The notes under the pieces were generated by a model that did not search any database, had not been told where the DNA came from, and saw nothing but the letters and a program-made list of their open reading frames with translations. Source: Microthyrium microscopicum (Eukaryota). From it: a DNA stretch of 64,000 nt. Positions 24,464 to 38,183 of this stretch are shown here, in pieces (the stretch's first letter is position 1; each line of letters opens with the position of its first letter). The position numbers were made by a program, and so were the translations under genes. The stretch spans positions 778,627 through 842,626 of the forward strand of contig MU004230.1 of the NCBI GenBank assembly GCA_010405405.1, written 5' to 3'.

Positions 24464-27331
24464 CTTGGGTGGTATAGTTCCAGTCAGCGGAACAAGAGGA
24501 TGAAGAAATCAAGTCAGAAATTACAATTAGAACGATTGTGGGAGAGAACGAAAGTTACCCAAGCATAGATATCCCAGAACGAGAGTCGGTTACCTAGTGA
24601 AGGATTTAGTTGATATCGAATCGTGAAGCAAAGATGCAGTCTACTAGTTATATCTCCTTACGCAAAAGAAGGTCAGAACATGTCCGCAGTTGCAAGTACG
24701 TAAAGCTTTTCCCCTTTTCGTGGTTCAAACATCGTTACTTCGTATCTGCAGGTTCGACACAACCTCCAAGACATACAAGACCAATACATAGTGTGGTGGT
24801 GCAGCTGTATATTTGTGGCTGTAACTTTGTGCAAGCAAGAAATTTCCGGATTTTCACGGTAGGATGGAGATCCAACTGTAGGGGTCTTACCACAAACCAG
24901 GCAAAAATACCAAGATCCGTGGCGTTATGTCGGAAACAGCAAGAGAAGCACTAGGTAATGCGGTCCGTCATTGAGTGATGAATGCCAGATGTCTAGATCG
25001 TGAGATGAAGTCCATAAGTCTAGGCAGGAGTACATTTTGTTTGAAGGATGTTCCATGCACGATACCCCAGAAGCCATGAGGCTGTTGCTTCACTGGGCAA
25101 GTGAATGCTTCTGATGCATAGAAAAGGTTTAGAATAAAGGTGAGAAACGGCCGGCGGGTGTACATACTTTCGTTTCTTAAAACAAAACACATTTGTTTGG
25201 AAACAATTGACCCTTCCGGAAATTGATAGGAAACCCGCGGTGGCCATGCATGTAACAGACACAACAGACACTTTCAACCTAGCTTTTGGTGGTAAAGCTT
25301 GATCCTGCACTGCCGTGCGCTGCGGATCTTACCGATCTCTAAATGTGCTTGGATATGTAAACGCTTGGCTTCGCCATACGGTCCAGTGTTTGCTGTGCGG
25401 GCTCTCTACCCATGTGATGATCCTACTGGATTGTCTTGACTGCTTGAAGGGACCATGGGGGGCGTGTCGCTCAAACTAATGAGCATAGTCAGTCCTCTGG
25501 AAAGTAACTTAAAAGTCTCTCGATATCGGAAGGCAAGTTTAAACGCATTTCGAACTCATAAGCTAGGTATAGAGGCGAACTGCAAGGTGCAAAACTCATA
25601 GTGGAGGTCGCGTGAAGTAAAACCTGAAGGTTTGGTGGAAACGCCACGATCACAGTCAGCACCGCTAAATCTATAAATGGGGTTGCGCAGCCAATGACAT
25701 TGCCTCGCTAGCGCCTCATTGAACAGGGATCTAAAACGTGCCAGCTTTATCCCGACCTCAACCGGTCCAACCAACTCTGCAAACTGCGACTCCCGACTTC
25801 GTGTTCCTTTTAAAAAATCTCCGATTTGGTTGTACACTTCACTCCTTAGAACCACGGAGATTATACCTCCTATTTCACACTATCAGATCGACTTCTGCGC
25901 CCAGCTCTCAACAATAGAATGCCATCAGGACGTCTTGCGGCACCAAGACTAGAACCGATACCCATCTGCAGGGACACGGTACCTGCAGCAGTCAACGCGT
26001 TTCGTTCTTGTTTAGCCACAGCTTCAAACAATTCTGGCTTGTTTCAATCGATGTTGAAGCCTTAAGCCGCTGTTCACCAGAAAAAACGCCTTGGCTATAC
26101 TTGTAACTCGGTATCAGATCAATCACTGTCCCTGTCCCTGTACTAAACTAATAGTTTGATAACGCGGAGCTGTCGCCTGTCAAAAGAATAGGTGGTGTAA
26201 GCAGAAACCCCATGTTCAGTTCCCCATGCTAGCGTTGCGTTGTAGGTATCGTGCGCTTACACGTAAGCCACAATATTCAACACTAATTCATTGAGCTATT
26301 CTCAATATCAGAATTCCTCGATGTAACGGTAGGCCAATACCACTTTACCCCCATTGTTATCAATGGGCTTCTTGGGCGTCAAGATTGACAGTAAGTGCAA
26401 TCATGTTGATTCGTCTACTTGCAGGATCGAGGTATAGAGCACAGATTTTGAATCTGCGCCACACAAGATCTGGAGCATTAAGCTCTGCAGAATGAGAATC
26501 AAACAACCACTACAGCTGCACTTCAACACCTCCCTTGCATCTGGACAAGAATAGCTTTCAGTTTTATTCACCTTGTGGTAATAAGTCGCTTTAGCTTCGA
26601 GAGCTCCAATATTGCGTCAGATGTTTGTTCCCAAAATTAGTGCTTTATGCACCATCCCCTGGTTTTCTTTGATATAACTTTCTTCTTCGACAAGGGTAGA
26701 TACCTACCTCGTTACTCAATCCACAGTGTTGGATCCTCCCCACTTACCGAGTCCGGATTTACGAACCCATGCCAATTATCGTGCTGCTCATCGAACTAAT
26801 GTAGTTTGCACTCGTCTCACAGCCAACCAGGACTGCAGACATATACTCAACCCTATCAGTCACAGCCTCAGTTTCGGTTTACACAGTCACTACCAGCTAG
26901 ATGCTCCAACTCATCGGGTGCCATTACCGACATCATGCTTCCTGCACAACATGCAGACCTGGGCAGCTAACGATGGAGACAATGCGTTCTTCCAGCCTGT
27001 GCAAGCCGCTCACTCCTAGTCTCATCGTCAGGCCTCCTTATGTTGTCACTTGGCTCCGGATCGTCAACTCAGCCTCCTGTTTCGACTGGTTCTTGTGGAA
27101 ACATCTTGACATCTCCTTAGCTGGCTTGCGGAAATTAGCTAGGATACCTAGCACCAGTTTTCTACATACGGGTACTTTGACTGCTTGCTTATGCATGCGA
27201 TGATGGGATAGCTTTTCTGATATATTAAGAGTCCCCTCACATACTCTAATCCGCACCACCTCTAGCATCAAGTCATTCGCTCGTCAAGTCCTTCGTTCAC
27301 ATCACAATACCCAAGTGTTTCATATCTTATA

Positions 27332-28737
27332 ATGTTTCTATCACTACTAGGCCAAATAGGCCTTCTTGCCTTCGCTCAGCTCAGTACCGCTCAATCTTGC
27401 TCTTCCTTTGGTGTGGATTTCCAAGATGGCGAGAGCTACTTCCAAAACTCGTTATCAACAGACAATTTTACCTTCGTACAAGAATTTACAGGATGCTCTG
27501 CAGATAATTCTCAGAACATCCTCGTTGAGCCAAGCGGAGACCAAGTTCAATGCTCTGATACGCCATTACAACCTGACAGTACTCCAGAAATGTCGACCTG
27601 GTAAGTTCGAAGAGCTTGAGCTAAGATCTACTTTACATACTCACATCTTTACAGCCCAATAGAAAAGAAGGATCTCAAGTCTGGCGACTGGTCCATAATT
27701 ATCATTTCCAACAATGGTGCCGCAGACCCCATTGCATATCAAAGAGACTTTGTTCTTTCGGTTGCTCCACAAGCCACAGTCACATTTACTCCAACGGTCA
27801 TCTTAAATGTGACTTCGACACCTATTGTAAGATCCGGCATCTATCTGAGAGTATGAGTTGTGCTAATGTACGACAGCTCAACGTCACACAAACTACTACA
27901 TACACTAATTTCACCACACTTGTTCCTGCCACAATCACAGTACCCTCGATCACAGTGACCCCGACAATTACAGTAACACCTACGCCAATTACTGTAACCA
28001 GCACCAAGGTTTTGCAAACGATCCACAAGACGGTACCGCAAGTCACCGTTTCCAAGGTCTTCAAAACTGTTACTCCTACCTGCACGGTCCCTCCTCACCA
28101 AGCAACACCAGACAAGAAGGCTCTCATCAAGCCTACTGTTGCGGGAGTCAGTTCTCAGGTCGTTGCATCCGCATTCGCAGCTGCCAGTTCCACTGCTCCC
28201 AAGATCAAGGGGCGTGCGATTGACATTAGGGATCTTGACGATATTCCGCGATTTATTGCAGAGCGAAGAAACCGCCTCGCCGCCCGCGGAGAAGTCGTAA
28301 GACGTGCTCCAGATCTACCTACCTCTACTCTCACAGACACAAACACCGCCAACTGGCCCACGGCTACGTCAACTGTGTTTGTGCCTACTTCGACTTTATC
28401 TATCATCGTCACCAATTCTATAACCAGCACAGTTACACCGACACCAGTCACTCTCATCAATGGACAGGCTACTGCGCCGGTCATAACCACTACGCTTCCA
28501 ACCTCTACCCGCACTGTCAACAAGTATACCGTCTCCTGGGATATCCAGACCAAACTGTATACTTTCACGTATGTTGCACTACTTCTAATTTCAAGCCATT
28601 GCTAATTATGTCCCAGCCAAACCATCACCACCACTGTTTCCCCTGCAGCATCCGTCACTGCCTGCAGACAAATTGGTGGCTGGTTCAATCCTGGAACTGG
28701 TCCTTGGGGTCCAGCACCATGGCAACCAGCCTGGTGA
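27332..28737 (+). CDS. Secreted Thr-rich hypothetical protein with Cys-containing N-terminal domain
   Basis: Signal peptide MFLSLLGQIGLLAFAQLSTA, globular domain CSSFGVDFQDG..., T/V/P-rich stretches, three canonical introns, ends ...WQPAW-TGA. Confidence 0.8.
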
Positions 28738-29673
28738 TTGCCCGAAAACTAATCTTTAATGTGTAAAACTATAGCCATAGCATGGGGCGTTTTTTGCTTC
28801 ATCGACTGGATGCATTGGGCTGGAGGGATACTATAATATTTTCTTTTCAGCGTATGGTCTTGGAACTCTCGGTGTCATGTCTGAAGACTAGGTGTGATAT
28901 TAGACATACATCGTAAGTCCAGGTATCGTTATAGCCACTTGATGTTCCGCCACGGTCCTCTATGTTCTAGATATTCTAGAGTAATACTCAATAATGCAAA
29001 ATTATAATAATGAACTGGTATCCATTTTTATCATGTACTCTTAACCATCTGGAAGAGGTACATGCCGGTATTAATACGTCTACTCTTCGCTACTGGTGCT
29101 GGAAGGAGTCGAGGCGACAATCAGAATGACAAAATATCTACTACTGAGGCTTGTAGACACCAGACTCGGAAGCCAGACACAAGAATGGACCAACCGAGGC
29201 TCAGGGTTCAATTCTTTAGAGATCTGGATCGGATATGCTGCAGGTTGCTGTAGGGTTGCTTACAGAATTATTTTCTCGAGGATTAGTACTCCCCCGGAAG
29301 CAGTTCCGCCACCATGCGTGATATCTACGATCAAAAGTGAAATAAGAGTTGCTGTCATCCACACTCTCTGATCGGATTCAATCCTCATGAAAATTATCCA
29401 CCCCGCTGCTCGGTCGAAATCTCAACTATCTCGCCCATCTCTCTCGTCCGATTGAGTTTTACAAAGCATCGGCCCGCGCCCCTCTTGTTTTTCATCCGCG
29501 GTTACCGGTAAGGGTCACAAGTTTACCATAACTATTCCGGTGTCGCCGCCAACAAAATTATCAGTCCTTCACCAGGGTGGCAGGGAGACTTGGACATTTC
29601 GTGTATTACAGCTACAACCCATCTTTAAAGTTTCCAACCCTACCAAAGGACGTCTCATATGCATCTTGCGAAC

Positions 29674-30448
29674 ATGTCGCCGGCACATCAAGAAATAAAC
29701 GGCGCCAATGGGCATAGCAATGGCGGATTACAGTTCGACACAATTGAAGACAGCGTTAATGCCTTCGGTATGCGCCATCAAACTTTGCGATACAACACTC
29801 AAACTGACAAGATGTTCTCCAGCTCGCGGCGAGTTCGTGATTGTCCTCGATGATGCATCCCGCGAAAACGAAGGCGACCTCATCTGTGCCGCCGAAGACT
29901 GCACACCCGAAATGATGGGCTTCATGCTGCGCTACACCTCCGGCTACGTCTGCGTGCCCATGACTGACGAGCGCGCCGACCAACTCGAACTACCCCACAT
30001 GGTGACGAAAAACCGCGATCCGCACCTTACCGCATACACCGTGACCGTCGATGGTCTCGGGCCCTCCACTACTACAGGCATTTCGGCGTTTGACCGATCC
30101 TGCACTGTGAATATGCTCGCGGATCCAACCGTGACGCCTTCCAAATTACGACGGCCAGGCCATGTGCTGCCGCTGCGCGCAAAGCCGGGCTTGACACGCG
30201 AACGACGTGGACATACAGAGGCGGCGGTTGAATTGTGCAGGCTAGCGGGCAAGCAGCAAGTGGGAGTGATTTGTGAGGTCGTTATACATGGAGAGCCTGT
30301 GCCAGGAAGAGCAGAGCTTAGTGGATCACGTATGGCTAGACGGGATGACTGCTTAGCGCTTGGCAAGCAGTTTGGAGTGAAGGTTTGCACGATCGAAGAT
30401 ATGACGAAGTATGTGGAAGAGCGCGAGGGCAAGCTGCAGAATCAGTAG
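29674..30448 (+). CDS. RIB3: 3,4-dihydroxy-2-butanone-4-phosphate synthase
   Basis: FDTIEDSVNAF, intron, then GEFVIVLDDASRENEGDLI, TTTGISAFDR, RRPGHVLPL and RRGHTEAAV. Alternative in-frame ATG at 29659. Confidence 0.95.
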
Positions 30449-31404
30449 ACTGGCCCTCATGTTACGATAGACATGAGTCTGCCTCACGGCAAAGTGATGA
30501 TTTTTGGGGCACATGGCGTTTGGGACGAATGTTGCTCTGTTGGACATGTTCAATGTTTATTGGCAGGTGTCACCAAAATTCGCATCTCGTGGGCGTTCGA
30601 TCAATTAAATCGCGGGTACGAGGAGGCATTGGGCGCTGTACTCTGTACTAGTACGAAGTTCGCCATCACATAACATTTATACTTTATAGTTAACTAGTAC
30701 CTTTATCATACCTCGGTGATTTTAGCTTTGGGATCGATCGTGGCATGAAATGGAGAAGCAAAATAAAGGAGGATGTCCACTTCTCGTAATATCAGCAGTA
30801 GACAATCGCAGCAGTAGACAATCGCGCTCCCATACTGTTTGAATTGCTGCTTTGACCTCAGAATACAGAGATGTTTGCTTGCTTATGATATTGATGAAGT
30901 CATTCACTCTACCACATGCAATCACTGAATGAAGAATAACATATAGCCGGCGCAGTCTCCAGACTCCAGAGCGACGTGAACGAGAAATTTACAGATCTTG
31001 CGATGCTATAATTGGGACAGAAAGACACTTGGCCTAAAGAGGTCGTAGGGCAGGTTAGTAGCTCCTGTTTGGGCATAGCAGAACCAGGGGAAACTGCCAC
31101 CAACAGGACGCTATTGCTGAGCTGGGGCTAGACCTGTCACCTGTGAGAGCCCAAGAGCGTCCACATCTGGAGACTGTACCACCAACTCTTCGCGTAACCA
31201 ACTCATGTTTCCAGCCGGCCAACTTGCCAGATCAACGTCGTACTACGCAGTCTGTCCTCCAGCATGACATGCAACATACATTCAACTCTTCTCCAACCTC
31301 CGTGTCTCCCTTCCTTTATCTAGCGGGCTTCATCCCCGCGCTCGTCGTCTCCTGAACTTCCGCCCGCCAGCATCCATCCCCCTGCTTTACATACAATTCC
31401 AGCA

Positions 31405-32685
31405 ATGGCGACGGAAAACTCAAAACCCACCTTGTTGGGTATGCCACTTAGTCTGGTGTCTTTGGCAACAGTGTGTGATTTGGCTCTGGTATCATGTCCT
31501 TGGCTAACCTGGTGTAGCTCGCTGTACAAAATGCCGTTCTTATTCTTGTAGGTCAAAGGCAAGCTGAATCACTAATACTGAGCTAATAGTATATTTGATA
31601 GGTTATGCATTACTCGAGAATTATGCCCCCCGTAAATGGACAGCGATACTTTACTTCTACCGCCGTCTTCCTAAACGAAGTTCTTAAATTAATAATCGCC
31701 CTGGCCATCGCATTTCGCGACACATCGCGCAACCTTCAAGGCGCTCCCTTCTCTACCGTCTGTCGTACCCTCCAAAACCAAGCCTTTTCTAGTGACAGTT
31801 GGAAGCTGGCTATTCCCGCTGCCCTGTACACCTTCCAGAATTCGTTGCAATACATAGCAGTTAGCAACTTGGATGCTGCAACGTTTCAGGTCACCTATCA
31901 GTTGAAGATCCTCACCACCGCCATATTCAGTGTCACCATGCTTCGGAGGAAACTGGCTTTCAAACAATGGGTGGCCCTGGTTCTACTTATGGCCGGCGTA
32001 GCTATCGTCTCCGTCATGCCATCCATGGGAGGAGGAGGGGACTCAAAGAAACACCCTAAGCGAGATGGCATTCACGCCGATCATGGTGCTATGAGCAACA
32101 GTATAGGCCTCTTTGCCGTCATCACGGCTTGTGCAACATCTGGCTTAGCTGGCGTCTATTTCGAAAAAGTGCTCAAAAACAGTGCCAAGGTCACACTATG
32201 GGTCCGAAACGTACAATTATCATTCTACTCCCTATTTCCCGCTCTTTTCATTGGAGTCATTTTCAAGGATGGTCGGGCAATTCAGCAAGCAGGTTTTTTT
32301 GCTGGCTACAACAACGTTGTATGGGCAGCCATCACATGCCAGGCTGTTGGAGGCTTGCTTGTCGCTATGGTCGTCAACTACGCCGACAATATTGCCAAAA
32401 ACTTTGCCACAAGCATCAGCATTATTCTGAGTTTCATTGCAAGCGTTTGGTTGTTTGATTTCGAGATTACCATTAATGTGAGTTTTCTATTTTACCGATT
32501 GACTGGTCACTACATATCCTAACACGGTTCAGTTTATCGTTGGCATGGGCTTTGTTCTCTACGCGACCTACCTGTATAGTGCTCCATCACGGCCGCCACA
32601 GACAGGAGAGCCTCAATCAGAATACAAATTGCCGAATTCCGAGGACGAAAAGGAAAGCGATCCTGCACTCTCGCAAAAGAGCTAG
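31405..32685 (+). CDS. Golgi UDP-galactose / nucleotide-sugar transporter (Gms1/SLC35A-like)
   Basis: YFTSTAVFLNEVLKL, KLAIPAALYTFQNSLQY, FQVTYQLKILTTA, GLAGVYFEKVLK and YADNIAKNFATS. Includes a ~30-nt exon near 31518-31547. Confidence 0.92.
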
Positions 32686-33243
32686 CGGTATCTTGGAATA
32701 CCAATGTCACATTGTTCGCTCTTCTTGATCTTATGAGGAACTGGGAAAACGGTAGTGTTTGAGTTATAGGTCTTTGTAGCTGGCGTTTTGTGGGTGGTCA
32801 AGGAAACTGCATATCCTAGAGCGTTTTGTCTTTGAGGTGAAGCTGGCTGACGCCGCTTGTTTCGAACGATCTAATTATTGTAGCATACGGTACGCATTGC
32901 GACCATTATTTGACAGAAATGTCAAAGTAGAAATCAATTTCTACTCGCAACAACATTTGGAGCTACACAGTTTTGAAGGGCAACTGCGTGTTGACTTGGC
33001 AGATATACCTTTCTTCTGGATTTTTTGGACAACTTTTCCACAGAAGTCGTGAGCAGTTAGCTATTCTAGGATAGGTAGGTTCGTACATCAACGTGCCTTC
33101 CTCAGGCGGAACATTACCATCTCAACTCCAACGAGCCTTCCCAAACGGTTTAGTACCTGGATCCTTATCTTAACCTCATTGCTTCCCAACTTAGACCCAT
33201 ACTTCTTCTTTTCGGAAATGGAACTTTGATACAACCCAAAGCC

Positions 33244-36200
33244 ATGGAGGACGATATCTTTGGTATGTTAGATAACCTTAATCGCACCACAGACAATGAT
33301 TACCCAGATGTTACTGCATCGCCGCACTTTGGGAAGGCCCAGCATGGCAGCCATCACAGCTACGATCAATACGACGGCAGTCATGTTCTTGTGCCCTCTA
33401 CAGCCCCGGTAGCACCAAGATCTATAGGTAAGTGCATTCTTTGTGAGTTTGATCTAGGCTTGACTAACTCTTTCTAGAGGACTACGCCTATCAACCAGAA
33501 GCAGCACATCATCCATCACTGACGCAACCTCAACGCCGAGATGGGAGACAAAGCCTTCAGAGCCAACCTGACCAGCCACTTGTCCAAGGCATCAGACTGG
33601 TTTCTACGCGGGAGCTGCCCGACAAGTTGCGAGCCATCTTCCCCTTTCCAAACTTCAATGCTGTGCAGTCCAAGTCTTTTTCGGCAGCTTGGGGATGCAA
33701 CGACAACCTTGTACTGTCTTCACCTACTGGCAGCGGCAAGACAGCGATTCTTGAGCTTGCCATATGCCGTCTAATCAACAGCAAGCCCCGTGGAGACTAC
33801 AAGATTGTGTATCAGGCACCAACTAAGTCCCTCTGCTCTGAGAGACATCGGGACTGGCAACGCAAATTTGAGCCCATGGGCCTTACTTGCACCGAAGTAA
33901 CTGGTGATACGGAGCAATCGCAGCTGACGCAGGTCAGAGATGCCAGCATTATCATCACAACTCCTGAGAAATGGGATAGCATGACTCGTCGTTGGACAGA
34001 TCATGCTAAACTCATGCGTATGGTCAAACTATTCCTTATCGATGAGGTCCATATGCTCAAGGATGACCGTGGTGCTACACTGGAAGCCGTCGTGTCGCGC
34101 ATGAAGTCGATCGACGCTGACGTCCGGTTCCTTGCTCTGTCTGCCACTATCCCAAACGCCGAAGACATTGCTCTTTGGCTTGGAAAGAACTCTCACAAAC
34201 AGGAACAACCAGCCATTCTCGAGCGCTTTGGTCAGGAATTCCGACCTGTCAGACTGCAAAAAGTCGTTTGTGGCTATCGTTCTACTACCACGAATATGTT
34301 TGCATTTGACAAAATGCTGGCGTCAAAGTATGTTATTATTTCGATATAAAGTTACCATTACTAATCATTCATTGTAGGCTTCAAGAAGTGATCCAAAAAC
34401 ACTCTCGCAAGAAGCCGATCATGGTATTCTGCAGTACTCGAAAGAACGCTGAAGCCACAGCAAAGCAACTTGCCCAGTGGTGGAAAAACACCAACTCTCC
34501 GCAGAGATTTTGGACCGGTCCACGATCTCCGATTCCAACTCGTGACAAATCTCTGCAAGGTATTCAAGTCTCCGTTGTTTGCGGCTTCATCTACTAACAC
34601 TAAGCAGAATGCGTTCAGGCCGGCGTAGCTTTTCACCATGCTGGTCTTGATGTTTCCGATCGAACCAGCGTAGAGCAAAATTATCTTGCGGGAGAAATCA
34701 ATGTCATCTGCTGCACTTCCACACTGGCAGTTGGGGTCAATCTTCCATGCCATTTTGTGATCATCAAGGGCACTACCACCTACACCGCAAACACCGCGAG
34801 AGAAATATCTGACTTGGAGGCATTGCAGATGCTTGGTCGAGCTGGAAGACCGCAGTTCGACACGAGTGCGATTGCTGTCATAATGACTCGCGAAGAGAAG
34901 CGACGACAATGGGAGAAGTTAGTATCTGGCGATGAGATCCTGGAGAGCTGGTAACTTTTGGCTTCTAGTTTGCGGAGTCGTCGCGGGCTAACGCATCTAG
35001 TTTACATTTGAACTTGACTGAGCATATGGTTGGTCATTACCTTCGGCTTACATTGAATCTACTAACAATAACAGAACGCTGAAGTTGTGCTTGGCACTAT
35101 TACCAATCTGAAGACTGCAAAGCAATGGCTGAAAGGCACTTTTCTGTTTGTACGAATGCAGAAGAATCCAAAGCATTACCGCCTCGGAGAGCTGGAAACC
35201 GGGATGGACGCCGATGCCCTGCTTGCTCGAATCTGTACTGAGCATATCCAAGGGCTTCAAGAATATGACTGCGTTACTGAAACTGAGCCTTTCAAGTCAA
35301 CTGCATATGGAGAAGCTATGGCACAGTACTACATTTTGTTTGAAACTATCAAGAAGTTTTTGAGTCTGCCAGCGAGAGCCAAGATCTCAGAGATTGTAGG
35401 ACATCACCATGATACATTTGTGAGTCGATAGTAACCGGTGAATAGTTGTCCGCCATGTCTCAAGCAGATGAATTCAAGGACTTTCGATTTCGAGCAGGAG
35501 AAAAGCCACTATACAAAGAACTCAACAAGCTGCCTGGCATCCGCTTTCAGATACCACAAAATCTAGAAACTCCTCCACACAAGGTTTCCCTGATTATCCA
35601 GTCCGCTCTAGGTGGAGTGGATTTGCCCACAAAAGAAGAGGGTAATCATACAAATCAGTACCTTATGGAACGCTCAACCATTATGCAGCAAGTAAAACGT
35701 CTCGCGCGTTGCATTGCGGATTTGCAGATTCATCGTGGAGATGCTATAGCGCTACGAAATACTCTGATGGTATGCCGAAGTGTGTCAGCGCAAGGCTGGG
35801 ATGATCGACCGGTACAAATGAAGCAAGTTGATCAAATCGGGATCGTCTCGGTTCGAAAATTGGTCGCGGCTGGTATCAAATCACTTGAGGAATTGGAGGA
35901 AGCTGAAGATCACAAAATCGAGTCGGCCTTGAGTCGAGCGCCACCTTTCGGGAAGAAAATCCACGACTTCGTCAAAGATTTACCCAAGCTTCGAATCTCA
36001 CTGAAGCATGTCGGCCGCTATGTATGAAGATTGAACTTCTTGTCATGACATTGCTAACATCTTGAATAGCTCCCCAAATCCGACGCTGTTGTCATAAAGC
36101 TTGAAGCTGAGGTTGGGTTTTTGAATGACAAACCCGCTCTGTACTTCAGGAAGGAGATGGTGCATGTCATTGTCTTGATTGAATTGTCTGATGGTACTCT

Positions 36201-37857
36201 AGCATATTTCGAGAGACTGAGGTATGATAGCTATCTTGTGTTCGGCGATCACGCTTTGCTGACTAGCAACTACAGCGCCAAAAAACTCGGGACTAATCGA
36301 ACCTTCCTGTTCGAAGTGCAATTGACAAGTGCAACTCAGTCAGTCCACGGACATGTAATGTGTGCAGATATTGGTAGGAAATCTTCCTTGTGGACGAAGA
36401 AATGTTCCTGCGCTAACATACCCCATTTAGCTGGGACTTTGAGGTCTGCAACATGCAAGCCAACAATTCCAGCTGCTGCATTTCCAAAACCTGTTCCACA
36501 AGTCGAAGTGTCCCAAAAACCTCAAAATGCCAGTACTGCGGGTGGTGAGCAAGTGCAAGAGCCAGCGGCCAAGCCTCGTAGCATATGGGACGTGCCAACC
36601 TCTTCGACAGCTGACGATGAATATGGCAATGCAGAGGATGATGCCGCACTGCTCAAAATTGCAGAGCGGCCAGACAGCAACACATTCGAAGATATCGACG
36701 ATATCATGAGGGACACTACCACTCGCGCGGAAACACAAGCAAAGCCGACCAAAAGTCTGCTAAAGCACAAAACAAGCGACTCAGAGTTTGCTAAGCTGCC
36801 TAACGGGAAATATGCGTGTATTCATCTTTGCAAGGACAAGGCAAACTGTCGACACGTGTGTTGCCGCGAGGGGCTTGACAAGCCTACTAAAGCGATGATC
36901 AAGAAGGCCGAGTCAGCACGGAAGGACACTCCAATATCACTGCAAGTTACCAAGAAGCAAGATCCCAAGAATGATCTCAGTCGAAAGCTTTCCAAGGGAG
37001 CCAGTGGTCTAGCTCAACTGGATTTGACTTCTGAGCCCCGCGAGTCTATTCGTAAGCCAAGCAAGCCGCTGGCGAGACAAGCCCTGGATCAACTTCATGC
37101 AAAGGTACAGAAGGATCGAGCGGAACCTTTGGCAAACTTGCCAAAACCTCATCAACCGAACACACATCTATCATTTCTCAAAACAACCCCAAGAGACGAA
37201 GTAGATGATGAAATCGTCAGCACACAAGATGGTCTCGTTCCGCTTCCCAAATCAGCGCAAAAGGCGAAGCGCAGCACTGGTCACGTCTCCAAAGAGCATT
37301 CCGTTTTTGAGGACGATGAGGCTGAAAACCATGCCGAAGAGGAGCCGAAAGAGATATCACCCAAGAGACCTGAACCATTGAGCAGACCGGCTTTTAAGGA
37401 GAGTTCAGATCTTGGCTTCGACGAATTCGAAGAGTACGTCGATTGGGACAAGCTGGGCTCCGACCTTGCTATTGGTGACCTCCAGCAAGCTGCTAAAGTT
37501 TCTCTGGACACTCCTTCACAAACGATGAAGCGCGACAAGACGCCGCCTCGACCACGATCCAGAGACAGTCTCTTCGACTCGTCACCACCACGCGGCACGA
37601 AGCGACCGGCACCAGCGATAGACACGAGCCCAGGCCTTGTCCCCGCTTCGTCGGTCGGTGAATATGCGCCACCAAAGCTGCATACTCCGAAGCGAATTAA
37701 AATACAGCCTTATGGTGAAGAAATGGAGTGGCAAGCTGACAAGGAGAATCGCGTTCCAGAAAGCCCACCACAGTTTGACAGTGAGGCGGATCAGATGCAG
37801 CAAGCAGAGGAGTGGTTTCTGCGCGAGTATGGACATTGTGTGGAACTCATTGATTGA
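33244..37857 (+). CDS. MER3: Meiotic crossover DNA helicase Mer3/HFM1 (Ski2-like, Sec63 domain)
   Basis: SPTGSGKT, TPEKWDS, DEVH, SAT, HHAG, TLAVGVNLP and QMLGRAGRPQFD; Sec63 region; C-terminal CxHxCKDKxxCxHxCC. Multiple short introns, no frame break found. Confidence 0.92.
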
Positions 37858-38183
37858 TTTGAGTGCTTAAAACGTGGAAGTGTTAATTTGTGGTGTGATC
37901 CATGTGATATTGTCAGAGATACAGTATATATTGCTATTCGAGACGTGGCCAGAACCACCAAACGATGAACACTCCATGATGAGAATGTACGAGGAGTTAA
38001 TAATGTCACATGGAAATCAAAGGAAAATAAGTGTCACAAAAGGACTGCACATAACAGTCGATTTGTCGATTTCATTCAGCTCGTATAACACCAGAGGTAT
38101 AGAGACCTCATGCCCATTTTGATGAAAACGCCCGTAGACTCGAGCAAGCCGCAAAGACCAAGCACGCCAAACCCTTGCACCAT

